Assembly (NCBI GenBank): GCA_002269645.1
Contig: NIVC01000121.1
Location: 186,001-250,000, forward strand
Direction: 5' to 3'
Length of the DNA stretch: 64,000 nt
Source of the DNA: Macrostomum lignano
Lineage: Eukaryota
Part shown: one piece after another, positions 1-35,997 of the stretch
Numbering within the stretch: position 1 is the stretch's first letter
How the letters are laid out: every line of letters begins with the position of its first letter
Position numbers and translations under genes: made by a program
The notes under the pieces: generated by a model
Told to the model about the DNA's origin: nothing
Databases searched by the model: none
Seen by the model: only the letters and a program-made list of their open reading frames with translations

Positions 1-682
1 AATAGTAAAGCTAAATATAAATGAGTTTGGAAGATAAGCTGCATAAGAAAAAATACGATATAGGTGAACTTGCAACAACAATATTAAATGAACGCAATGT
101 ACTTTTTGATGCAATCAATCAATTAAGGCTCTATATTTGATCAAGAGCAATTTATTAATTAATGAGTGTCACAGCAGCACTTTTATTGCAAAATATTTTT
201 GCTACAAAAATTCGATAAGAACGTATTTGAAAGGTTACAGAAAAATTGAGAAAAATATATTTATGTTCCGGTTCTAATATTCCGAGCTGAAAAATTACAA
301 AAACATTAATAAAGTCTGGGTTTGCACCCACAAAGTGCATCATTAGCGAATGACAACAGATACATGCTGAGAGCTCGGCACGCGATGGCTGATTTAAATT
401 TGAAGGCTATGTGTTTAAACAAAATTGTACATGCATCTAAGAGTGTTGAAAATGAAACGAAATTTCAATTTCTGTGTGTTCACCCCGTGTTAACAAATAA
501 ATATTTAACTCCTACGAGGACTTAGCACTTGTTTCAGTTTCTTAGCACTAAATTTGTCAAATCTTTATATATCGGAGGTTCCAATATGCCTATAGAGACT
601 GAGTTATATAGCTTGCCAGCGTTAATCAAAGATTCTATATTACCTAGAGGCGTCACTCCAACATTCGCTAGTGTATTTAGCG

Positions 683-752
683 GCCGTCTCCAAGGGCCCC
701 TAAAAACCCCGGGAATTTGGGCCACAGACACTGTAGCTGCTGCTGCTAGTAG
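683..752 (+). repeat. Short dispersed repeat, second copy at ~44617-44686
   Basis: gccgtctccaagg..c.aaaaaccccggg...gccacagacact.tagct.ctgctgct occurs at both positions. Confidence 0.7.
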
Positions 753-1153
753 TATAGTCTATGGTCGTAACCCCAGGGTTTTCGCTTGTGACTTCATTAG
801 GCGATACGAAAAATTAGCCAGGGGTTGTCGTGCGATTCACAGAAATGAGAGCCAACCCCCCAAGACGCAGAGAGTGTACATGCCTTGGACGATTAGAAAG
901 TCAGGGACGCTGTACACCCTGGGCGAGCGTGTGCATGAGGATTGGCGCGCTGGTGTGTGGGGACGATGTCGCCAAGGCGTTTGCGCCGGGGTGCCCACAA
1001 CTCTCCTGCTATGTTTACTTTATATATAACGTTAGACTGTAGACACATTATGTGGCTACCTATGGTCCTTGAAAGATACCCTTAGGTACGTGGTCAATGA
1101 GTGATTTTCAATGAGCACAGCAGGGTGAGGGTGTCCCCAAGGTAAGTCGGAGC

Positions 1154-26019
<24,866 letters not shown>

Positions 26020-26439
26020 GTTCGCGAGGGCAAATATTCAAAAATTAACTTGTTCACTATAGATAGACAGGTGCCCTTGGCTGGATAAACATGTCTGTTC
26101 AGTTGCTGGGGCAGAATCGTGATGTGGAATTTTGCGCGGACTAATTCGGGTGTGGCGCGACCGTGTCAACCTGTCCACCTGAGAAGTCGGGGCGGGGCTT
26201 GTCTCAGCTCCTCTGCTTCCTTCTATGGGATAAAAATCGTGGGGAGGGAGAGGCGGGTGATCCAGCTCATCATCCTGTCTGACAGCCAATCCTGGGAGTT
26301 CTGCGTGTAGCTGAAAAGCCTCGCGTGCACTGGCTGTGCTCAGCCTCATGCGGGCGAGGGGATCTGTGGGTATAGCTAGCTGTGACCCGCCTGTGCAGTA
26401 GTACTAGTGAGTAGTGGAAATAGTTAATGTTAAAAAAAA

Positions 26440-26923
26440 TTATGGTGGGCTGGGACAAAGCCAAGAATTCTACATGTACATGTACATTATTATCAGAATT
26501 AGTGTTGTCAGCGCTCATTTTGGCGCTGCAGACACTCATTTTGGCGCCACATGCGCTCATTTTGGCGCCGCAGGCACTCATTTTGGCGCTGCATGAACTC
26601 ATTTTGGCGCCGCAGGCACTCATTTTGGCGCCACATGCACTCATTTTGGCGCCACAGGCACTCATTTTGGCGCCACATGCGCTCATTTTGGCGCCGCAGG
26701 CACTCATTTTGGCACTGCAGGAACTCATTTTGGCGCCACAGGCACTCATTTTGGCGCCATAGGCACTCATTTTAGCGACGCCGTCACTATATTTTGTCTC
26801 CATGAAGCAAAGTTATTGATTTTCATAATGGGTCACTAAGTTGGGTGGGGGGACTAAGCATTGGCGTGTCACCCATAGCTTTTACTGGAAGGTCCCCTGT
26901 CCCCCTCGGTGGCGATACCCCTG
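26440..26923 (+). mobile_element. Same MITE family, copy 2 (5'-truncated, ~12 units of the 21-bp repeat)
   Basis: Shares the body and the 3' end ggtggcgatacccctg with copies 1 and 3. Confidence 0.8.
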
Positions 26924-26977
26924 GTAGTAAGTATAGTAGTAGTAGTATAGTTGTAGTACCTATAGTAGTGTAGTAGT

Positions 26978-27218
26978 CAGGGGTGTCGCCATGGATTTTA
27001 TGGTGGGCAGGGAAGTCAAGAATTTTACATGTACATGTACATGTACATTATTTTCAGAATAGGTGTCGTCAGCGCTCATTTTGGCGCCGAAATCACTATA
27101 TTTTGTCGCCCTGAAGCAAAATTATTGATTTCCATAACGGACAAAGCATTGACATCCCCCATAGCTTTTACTGGGAGGCATGTACGTCCCCGCCCCCCCC
27201 CCGGTGGCGACGCACCTG
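26978..27218 (+). mobile_element. Same MITE family, copy 3 (unexpanded, single unit)
   Basis: caggggtgtcgccatgg ... ggtggcgacgcacctg with a single cattttggcgcc; flanked by (GTA)-rich sequence. Confidence 0.82.
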
Positions 27219-28607
27219 GTAGATTAGTAGTAATAGCAGTAGTAGTACTATATGGTAGCCGTAGTGTCACTGGCAAGTCACTTGTTGATTGCTTCAGTTA
27301 GTTGTAGGCAAAGCATATAACTAATAGTCTGTTGGGCACCATTCAATTAATTGATTTTTACTACAATTCTTCTTGATGAATTTTTCGCCATAAGTTATTA
27401 TTCAATTTATAAATGTAATTGCGTAAAAACCGTTGCTAGTATTTGTTTGATTATGATCTTCAGAACACTTTTTAAAAAGTTGATTTTCCTCGAAATGCAG
27501 CTCTAGCTTGTCCAGAGCTTTGATTTGTTTTGTTCTGTTGCTGTCTATACATTTGCAGTTGTTTGATAGTATTTGTTTAATATTCGTTTTTAGCTTTTTG
27601 TGTTTGCTGTTTATTTGGTTTCTTTCTGCTATTGACCATTTACCCCTGGAAATTGTCAAGATGCCGACTGGATCTATCTATCTATCTTATCTACATGTAC
27701 ATTGTACAATACATAGCTATTATATTGTAGAATATGGAATGTATTATGTATGCATGTATTATGTATATATAATACATTCCACTCTAACTCTACCTACATG
27801 GAACCTGAGCCAACTATCTTCGACTTCTACTAGGCCCACTACTACTAAACAAATAAATCTGTATTGTAAAATCAGTGCTAAATTATTATTAAGCACTGCA
27901 TTGGCTATGTTGTTATACTATGAATATTATATATGCATTTCTAGCTCATTTAGTGTAGCATATTATCTATACATTTAACATACATATAAAAATATTTAAA
28001 AATATTTATGATTACATCTAAACTATAATTTTAAAGTTTATATAGGCCTATAATTGTAACAAGTATTGCTAGTATATCTAACAAAAAAAGTATAATATTA
28101 ATATGCATTACTTAAAAATAATTTAATAAACTTTTCCATTTGCTACTATGTTAATGTCAATTTAGGCTAACATGGACCTAATATACATATGACTTATATG
28201 ACATATGACTTATTAAAGTGATAAAATACATAATAAAGATATATATATATATTATGTTTCTCTATATATATTCTCTCTAGAATATGTGACAAACCAAAAG
28301 CCACTTTAGTTAATTATCTAATTAACAAACCTGCATTAATAGTGGTAGCTCTAATATTCTTTAGGGATAGTTAGTTAGAGATTTATTTATTTAGCTGAGC
28401 AGCTCAATGGATTCCTATCCTTTAATACATTTCTCTGCTTGATATTATATATTTTTGTTCTATTAAAAATGCTAAAAAGGATAAAGTCAGACTTGCTATT
28501 CCTCTGAGTTTTCATAACACATAAAGGAGACAAGATAAATTTCTCCTTTCTGCAAAGTAACTAACTTGAACTGGCTTATTTAACTTTACAAATCCCACAG
28601 ATTCTCA

Positions 28608-31600
28608 ATGCTTCTTTCAAATTGGCTCATATTCCGCCTATGTTTAACAGTCCGCACAGCCAGTGCACTCTGGAACATCATACATGATTGTGATGAGACG
28701 TACAACTACTGGGAGCCGCTGCACCACCTGCTACATGGCAGTGGCTTTCAAACCTGGGAATATTCTCCCCAGTATGCTCTGCGCTCCTATCTCTACCTGT
28801 GGCTTTATTCACCTCCAGCCATACTAATTAGCTGGCTAGGCGGCTCCAAGGTGACTCAGTTCTACGCCATCAGATTCTGGATGGCCGTCTGGACTGCGGC
28901 GGCCGAGACTGTTGCCTTTGGCGCCTTGAAACAACGACTAGACAAGAATAAGTCTTTGTCAAAGTCTTTGTCCGTGTATTCGTTGGCTTTTGTCGCATTT
29001 AGCGCCACCTCGGCCGGTTTGTTCGTGTCTGGCACGGCATTCCTGCCGAGTTCGTTCGCTATGCAGCTGGCCTATGCTTGCCTGGCTGCCTGGCTGACAG
29101 ATCGATACGCTTTGGCTGTTGCTTGCATAGCCGCTATGGCTATTGTTGGCTGGCCGTTTGCTGCCGCGATTGGCCTGCCATTGGCTGTGGATTTGATTGC
29201 GCTTAAACGGAAGCCAGGGCTGTTTGTTGCGTATTCGGCAGTGTCAGGTGCAAGTTTTGTGAATGTTGAATAGGGTGAAACCTAGGGTGAATCAGGGAGG
29301 GTAGAAACCCACCCGAAAGAATCAGAGAGGGTAGAAACCCACCACAAAGAATCGGAGAGGGTAGAAACCCACCCGAAAGAATCAGGGAGGGTAGAAACCC
29401 ACCACAAAGAATCGGAGAGGGTAGAAACCCACCCAAAAGAATCAGAGGGTAGAAACCCACCTTAAAAATCAGAGGGGGTAGAAACCCACCCCAAATAATC
29501 AGACAGGGTAGAAACCAACCTAAAAGAATCAGATAGGGTAGAAACCCACCCTGAAGAATCAGAGAGGGTCAAAAACCACCCTGAAGGCTCAGAAAGGGTA
29601 GAAACCAACCTTGAAGGACCAGAGAGGGTAGAAACCCACCCAAAGAATCAGACAGGGTAGAAACCCACCCTGAAGAATCAGAGAGGGTAGAAACCCACCC
29701 CAAAGATTCAGAAAGGGTAGAAACCTACCCTGGGGTTTCAGGTAGAGCAGAAACCCACCCTGAAGAATCAGAGAGGGTGGAAACTTCCGCAGCAAAGTCG
29801 TATTAAAAGTGCATTGAGTCATTGTCTCCCCCTAACCAAGTGTGTGCACCCACCCCATCCGCCTTCAGGACTATCACTGGCCATCCCAGTCGCCCTGACG
29901 GACACTTTAGCCTACGGTCGGCCAACTTTATCCCCAATAAATTTGCTTAGCTACAACGTACTGAATTCCGGTTCGCACCTGTATGGAACATCGCCTCTGA
30001 GCTACTATTTAATGAACTATGCATTGAACTTCACGCCTCTTATGCCGTTGATTCTGATTGCCGGACTCCTCGCTGCGCTGGTTGGTCAATCAGCCAGCAG
30101 GCAAGATCGCCAACTAAGATGGAAACTTCTTCTTTGGCTGAGCCCATTGCTGCTTTGGAATGCCATCTTCTTCTTGCAGGCGCACAAAGAGGAGCGGTTT
30201 CTTTATCCTTGCTATCCGTTTCTCTGCTTAGCCTTGGCAGTTGCTCTGGAGTCCATTAGACACCGTCTAGGCAGCTGGACCGTGCCCTGCATCATTGCCG
30301 GTTTCGCCGCGTTCAGCCTGAGTCGAATTTTGGCCACCACTTTGGCTTATCAGAGTCACGTGACTATTTATCATAGATTAGCCGGGCACGGACCGGCAGG
30401 CAGGCTGTGTCTTGGCAAAGAGTGGCACCGATTCCCCAGTGCCTTCCTGCTGCCTCACGGCTGGTCTGTGGGCTTCGTGCGCTCCGAGTTCCGGGGGCAG
30501 TTGCCGGGTCGGTTCGGACTGGCGGACCAGCCGTTTAACCTGGATAACCGAGAGGAGACGGCCAGGTGAGACGCTTCAAACAACTAGTTTGCCAGTATCC
30601 ACAAATCTAGAGTGCCATTATCCTCAAATCTAGAGTGCCATTATCCTCAAATCTAGAGTGCCATTATCCTCAAATCTAGAGTGCTATTATCCTCAAATCT
30701 AGAGTGCCATTATCCTCAAATCTAGAGTGCCATTATCCTCAAATCTAGAGTGCCATTATCCTCAAATCTAGAGTGCCATTATCCTCAAATCTAGAGTGCC
30801 ATTATCCTCAAATCTAGAGTGCCATTATCCTCAAATCTAGAGTGCCATTATCCTCAAATCTAGAGTGCTATTATCCTCAAATCTAGAGTGCCATTATCCT
30901 CAAATCTAGAGTGCCATTATCCTCAAATCTAGAGTGCCATTATCCTCAAATCTAGAGTGCCATTATCCTCAAATCTAGAGTGCCATTATCCTCAAATCTA
31001 GAGTGCCATTATCCTCAAATCTAGAGTGCCATTATCCTCAAATCTAGAGTGCCATTATCCTCAAATCTAGAGTGCCATTATCCTCAAATCTAGAGTGCCA
31101 TTATCCTCAAATCTAGAGTGCCATTATCCTCAAATCTAGTGTGCCATTTTCAAATCTAGTGTGCCATTTTCAAATCTAGAGTGCCATTTTCAAATCTAGT
31201 GTGCCATTTTCTTGATGTCTAAACTCTAGAGTGCCATTTTCAAAGCTAGTGTGCCATTTTCAAATCTAGTGTGCCATTTTCAAATCTAGTGTGCCATTTT
31301 CAAATCTAGTGTGCCATTTTCAAATCTAGTGTGCCATTTTCAAATCTAGAGTGCCATTTTCAAATCTAGAGTGCCATTATCATCAAATCTAGAGTGCCAT
31401 TTTCAAATCTAGTGTGCCATTATCATCAAAACTAGAGTGCCATTTTCAAATCTAGTGTGCCATTTTTAAATCTAGTGTGCCATTATCATCAAATCTAGTG
31501 TGCCATTATCATCAAATCTAGAGTGCCATTTTCAAATCTAGTGTGCCATTTTCAAATCTAGTGTGCCATTTTCTAAGCTAGTGTGCCATTTTCAAATCTA

Positions 31601-33031
31601 GTGTGCCATTTTCAAATCTAGTGTGCCATTTTCTAAGCTAGTGTGCCATTTTCTTGATGTCTAAACTCTAGAGTGCCATTTTCAAATCTAGTGTGCCATT
31701 TTCAAATCTAGTGTGCCATTTTCAAATCTAGTGTGCCATTTTCAAATCTAGTGTGCCATTTTCAAATCTAGTGTGCCATTTTCAAATCTAGAGTGCCATT
31801 ATCATCAAATCTAGAGTGCCATTTTCAAATCTAGTGTGCCATTATCATCAAAACTAGAGTGCCATTTTCAAATCTAGTGTGCCATTTTTAAATCTAGTGT
31901 GCCATTATCATCAAATCTAGTGTGCCATTATCATCAAATCTAGAGTGCCATTTTCAAATCTAGTGTGCCATTTTCAAATCTAGTGTGCCATTTTCTAAGC
32001 TAGTGTGCCATTTTCAAATCTAGTGTGCCATTTTCAAATCTAGTGTGCCATTTTCTAAGCTAGTGTGCCATTTTCTTGATGTCTAAACTCTAGAGTGCCA
32101 TTTTCAAATCTAGTGTGCCATTTTCAAATCTAGTGTGCCATTTTCTAAGCTAGTGTGCCATTTTCAAATCTAGTGTGCCATTTTCAAATCTAGTGTGCCA
32201 TTTTCAAATCTAGTGTGCCATTTTCAAATCTAGTGTGCCATTTTCTAAGCTAGTGTGCCATTTTCAAATCTAGTGTGCCATTTTCAAATCTAGTGTGCCA
32301 TTTTCTAAGCTAGTGTGCCATTTTCTTGATGTCTAAACTCTAGAGTGCCATTTTCAAATCTAGTGTGCCATTTTCAAATCTAGTGTGCCATTTTCTAAGC
32401 TAGTGTGCCATTTTCAAATCTAGTGTGCCATTTCAAATCTAGTGTGCCATTTTCTAAGCTAGTGTGCCATTTTCTTGATGTCTAAACTCTAGAGTGCCAT
32501 TTTCAAATCTAGTGTGCCATTTTCAAATCTAGTGTGCCATTTTCTAAGCTAGTGTGCCATTTTCAAATCTAGTGTGCCATTTTCAAATCTAGTGTGCCAT
32601 TTTCTAAGCTAGTGTGCCATTTTCTTGATGTCTAAACTCTAGAATGCCATTTTCAAATCTAGTGTGCCATTTTCAAATCTAGTGTGCCATTTTCTAAGCT
32701 AGTGTGCCATTTTCTAAGCTAGTAAGGTATTTAAATATAGCGTGTCATTTAAAGATTTAAGACAACGCTATGACTCCAATCCTGCAGATACCTGAACGTC
32801 ACATCCGACTGCGACTACTTGATTGACAGGCGCAGCAATGAGCTGGATTCTGTCCGCTACACAGAGCTGGAGCCTGACTACCTGGCAACTGGTGACTGGC
32901 AACTACTTGAAGATTTACCAATCCTCGAGCCGGACAAGTCGCACCGACTGTTCAGAGCATTTTACCTGCCGTGGCTGTTTGAACGAAGCGTCCGATTTTC
33001 AAGCTACGTGCTGCTTCGGCGAGTCACGTGA
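28608..33031 (+). CDS. alg9: Dol-P-Man-dependent alpha-1,2-mannosyltransferase ALG9 (GT22 family); join(28608-29247, 29869-30565, 32788-33031), 526 aa
   Basis: Motifs NIIHDCDETYNYWEPLHHLL, FQTWEYSPQYALRSY, FLPSSFAM, GWPF, HKEERFLYPCYP, LCLGKEWHRFPS, VRSEFRGQLP, CDYLID and FRAFYLP. Junctions TCA G|gt..cag|GA and GCC AG|gt..cag|A TAC are in phase; 1581 nt in total. The start codon is less certain. Confidence 0.93.
29270..29778. repeat. ~30-bp minisatellite (GGGTAGAAACCCACCC.AAAGAATCAGA) filling ALG9 intron 1
   Basis: Visible tandem units. Confidence 0.94.
30600..32722. repeat. 23-bp (AAATCTAGAGTGCCATTATCCTC) then 20-bp (AAATCTAGTGTGCCATTTTC) satellite filling ALG9 intron 2
   Basis: Visible tandem units with a unit-length switch near 31140. 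Confidence 0.97.
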
Positions 33032-33397
33032 TGTCTTGAACTTGTCGAGTGGATTCTTATAGAAGCTCTTTATGGGTGTTGGATTTAGTATCTAACTCAA
33101 TTTTAACAATAATGCTGCAGTGCCAAGGTTCTGCCTTTTTTCCTTTCTATCAAGTCTTTTTCGTAGTTTTAATTGTTAGCATGCATTACAATTCGTTGAA
33201 TTGTTACAATACACACGGCTATTATGAGTAGTACTATAGGCATTTTCATTGCATGCAGTCCTTGTGCAGTGCGTACTGGCACATTGGAATTTATTGGAAT
33301 TATCGAACAGTTGGAAGAGTTTGTATTCGCTTTTATTCTAACACACTTACTGTCGCTTTAAGGGGCTGAATATTTCTTCGGTAGTTACTAAGCCATC

Positions 33398-34148
33398 GCC
33401 AGCCTCCGAGATCCTCAGTTGATGGGCCAGCATCCCAGAGTATCAGTTGCTGGGCCAGTCTCCCATAGTATCAGTTGCTGGGCCAGCCTCTCAGATCCTC
33501 AGTTGCTGGGCCAGCCTCTCAGATCCTCAGTTGCTGGGCCAGCCTCTCAGATCCTCAGTTGCTGGGCCAGCCTCTCAGATCCTCAGTTGCTGGGCCAGCC
33601 TCCCAGATCCTCAGTTGCTGGGCCAGCCTCCCAGATCCTCAGTTGCTAAACCAGCCACCCAAATCCTCAGTTGCTGGGCCGGCCTCCCAAATCCTCAGTT
33701 GCTGGGCCAGCCTCCCTCAGTTGCTGAACCAGCCTCCCATAGTATCAGTTGCTGGGCCAGCCTCTCAGATCCTCAGTTGCTGGACCAGCCTCCCATAGTA
33801 TCAGTTGCTGGGCCAGTCTCCCAGATCCTCAGTTGCTGGGCCAGCCTCCCAGATCCTCAGTTGCTGGGCCAGCCTCCCAGATCCTCAGTTGCTGGGCCAG
33901 CCTCCCAGATCATCAGTTGCTGGGCCAGTCTCCCAGATCCTCAGTTGCTGGGCCAGCCTCCCAGATCCTCAGTTGCTGGGCCAGCCTCCCATAGTATCAG
34001 TTGCTGGGCCAGCCTCCCAGATCCTCAGTTGCTGGGCCAGCCTCCCAGATCATCAGTTGCTGGGCCAGCCTCCCAGATCCTCAGTTGCTGGGCCAGCCTC
34101 CCAGATCATCAGTTGCTGGGCCAGTCTCCCAGATCCTCAGTTGCTGGA
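33398..34148. repeat. 28-bp minisatellite (CAGATCCTCAGTTGCTGGGCCAGCCTCC)
   Basis: Visible tandem units. Confidence 0.96.
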
Positions 34149-34892
34149 GCCACCGCCACCCTCCCACATTCCAGGCTGGTCCAACACTCAGCTTCATTCA
34201 AATATAAAATACAGTAGAAGTCTCACTGTACTACTCATACTACTGAGCACTCATTTTTGGTGATAGTAGTAGCTCGTACACCAACCTTTAAGCATTGCCT
34301 ATACATTATACACTTCAATGCTTGTCTACAATCTGGGCTTCTAATCAAGTAAATATTTTTATTGTCAAAGTTTCATGCATGAGACCAAATGGCTTACAAA
34401 GATAGAAAAACAGTGCACATTATTCACTTTGAGTATGGCTGTGTATATTTGTATTTATATAATTTGACACTTGCCTTCGTTTCTTCCAAAGAAGTGAAGA
34501 AATTAAGGCAACAATGTTAAAGTATCATAACTGTGACAAAAACATTAGGGAGCGGGTGTATGAACTTGTTCTTTCATTGAGAGTTAGTTAAACAAATATG
34601 CAATAGAGAAACTGTGATGGGGTGACACTTAATCAATTATAATAATATAAATGTTTGTAAAGTGCTTTTTCTTGCACAGTGCACGGGTCCAGCTACCATG
34701 TGTGGGCGTGATTGCAGTTTAACAAAAAGTATATTTGCTACCTTTGTTGTTTAGTTGTCAAGGAGATTGAATTGATTTGGTACGCCAAGTATTTTCTTAT
34801 CTATTTCTAAAATCTCAAAATAGTTTATCCTGGGAAAGAATAGTTTCTCCGCTCAACTTGCGTGCCCCGTCACCTGTCTGTCTCATTGTGGT

Positions 34893-35640
34893 CTCTCCCT
34901 GTCTGTCTCTCCCTGTCTGTCTCTCCCTGTCTGTCTCTCCCTGTCTGTCTCTCCCTGTCTGTCTCTCCCTGTCTGTCTCTCCCTGTCTGTCTCTCCTTGT
35001 CTGTCTCTCCTTGTCTGTCTCTCCCTGTCTGTCTCTCCTGTCTGTCTCTCCCTGTCTGTCTCTCCCTGTCTGTCTCTCCTTGTCTGTCTCTCCCTGTCTG
35101 TCTCTCCCTGTCTGTCTCTCCTTGTCTGTCTCTCCTTGTCTGTCTCTCCCTGTCTGTCTCTCCTGTCTGTCTCTCCCTGTCTGTCTCTCCCTGTCTGTCT
35201 CTCCTTGTCTGTCTCTCCCTGTCTGTCTCTCCCTGTCTGTCTCTCCCTGTCTGTCTCTCCTTGTCTGTCTCTCCCTGTCTGTCTCTCCCTGTCTGTCTCT
35301 CCTTGTCTGTCTCTCCTTGTCTGTCTCTCCCTGTCTGTCTCTCCCTGTCTGTCTCTCTCTGCCTGTCTGTCCCTGTTTGTCTCTCACTGTCTGTGTCTCA
35401 CTGTCTGTCTTTCGCTGTCTGTCTCTCACTGTCTGTGTCTCACTGTCTGTGTCTCACTGTCTGTCTCTCACTGTCTGTCTCTCACTGTCTGTCTCTCACT
35501 GTCTGTGTCTCACTGTCTGTCTCTCACTGTCTGTCTCACACTGTCTTCTCTCCCAGTCTGTCTCTCACACTGTCTGTCTTTCGCTGTCTGCCTCTCACTT
35601 TGTGTCTCTCCCTGTCTTTGTCCGCATGTCTGTCTCTCCC
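34893..35640. repeat. Pyrimidine-rich compound (CTGT/CT) repeat
   Basis: CCCTGTCTGTCTCT units grading into CACTGTCTGTCTCT. Confidence 0.95.
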
Positions 35641-35997
35641 TGTGTGTCTTTCCGTCTTTCATTCACTATCTCTTTAATTTGCATGCCTCCCAGTCTGTAT
35701 TATTTTCAAAAATTGCTAAATTTACCTGTTTACCTTTACAGTCTACTCTGCTCTCTAGCTATACTCATTTTCTCTACCACAACAATGACTTTTTTATTGA
35801 CAGGTGACTGACAAAATTGCATGCACTTTGGATTATCATATGCTATATGATGTTTTTGTGTATGATAATCAGCAAATTAAATTTGGCTTCTCCCTGTTTC
35901 GCAAAACTGTATAAAAATGAAACTCATCATGGCTTGCGAATGAATGAACATACAGCTGATTGGAATTGCTCAAAAGTTTCTCAGGTGGCCATCAGAA

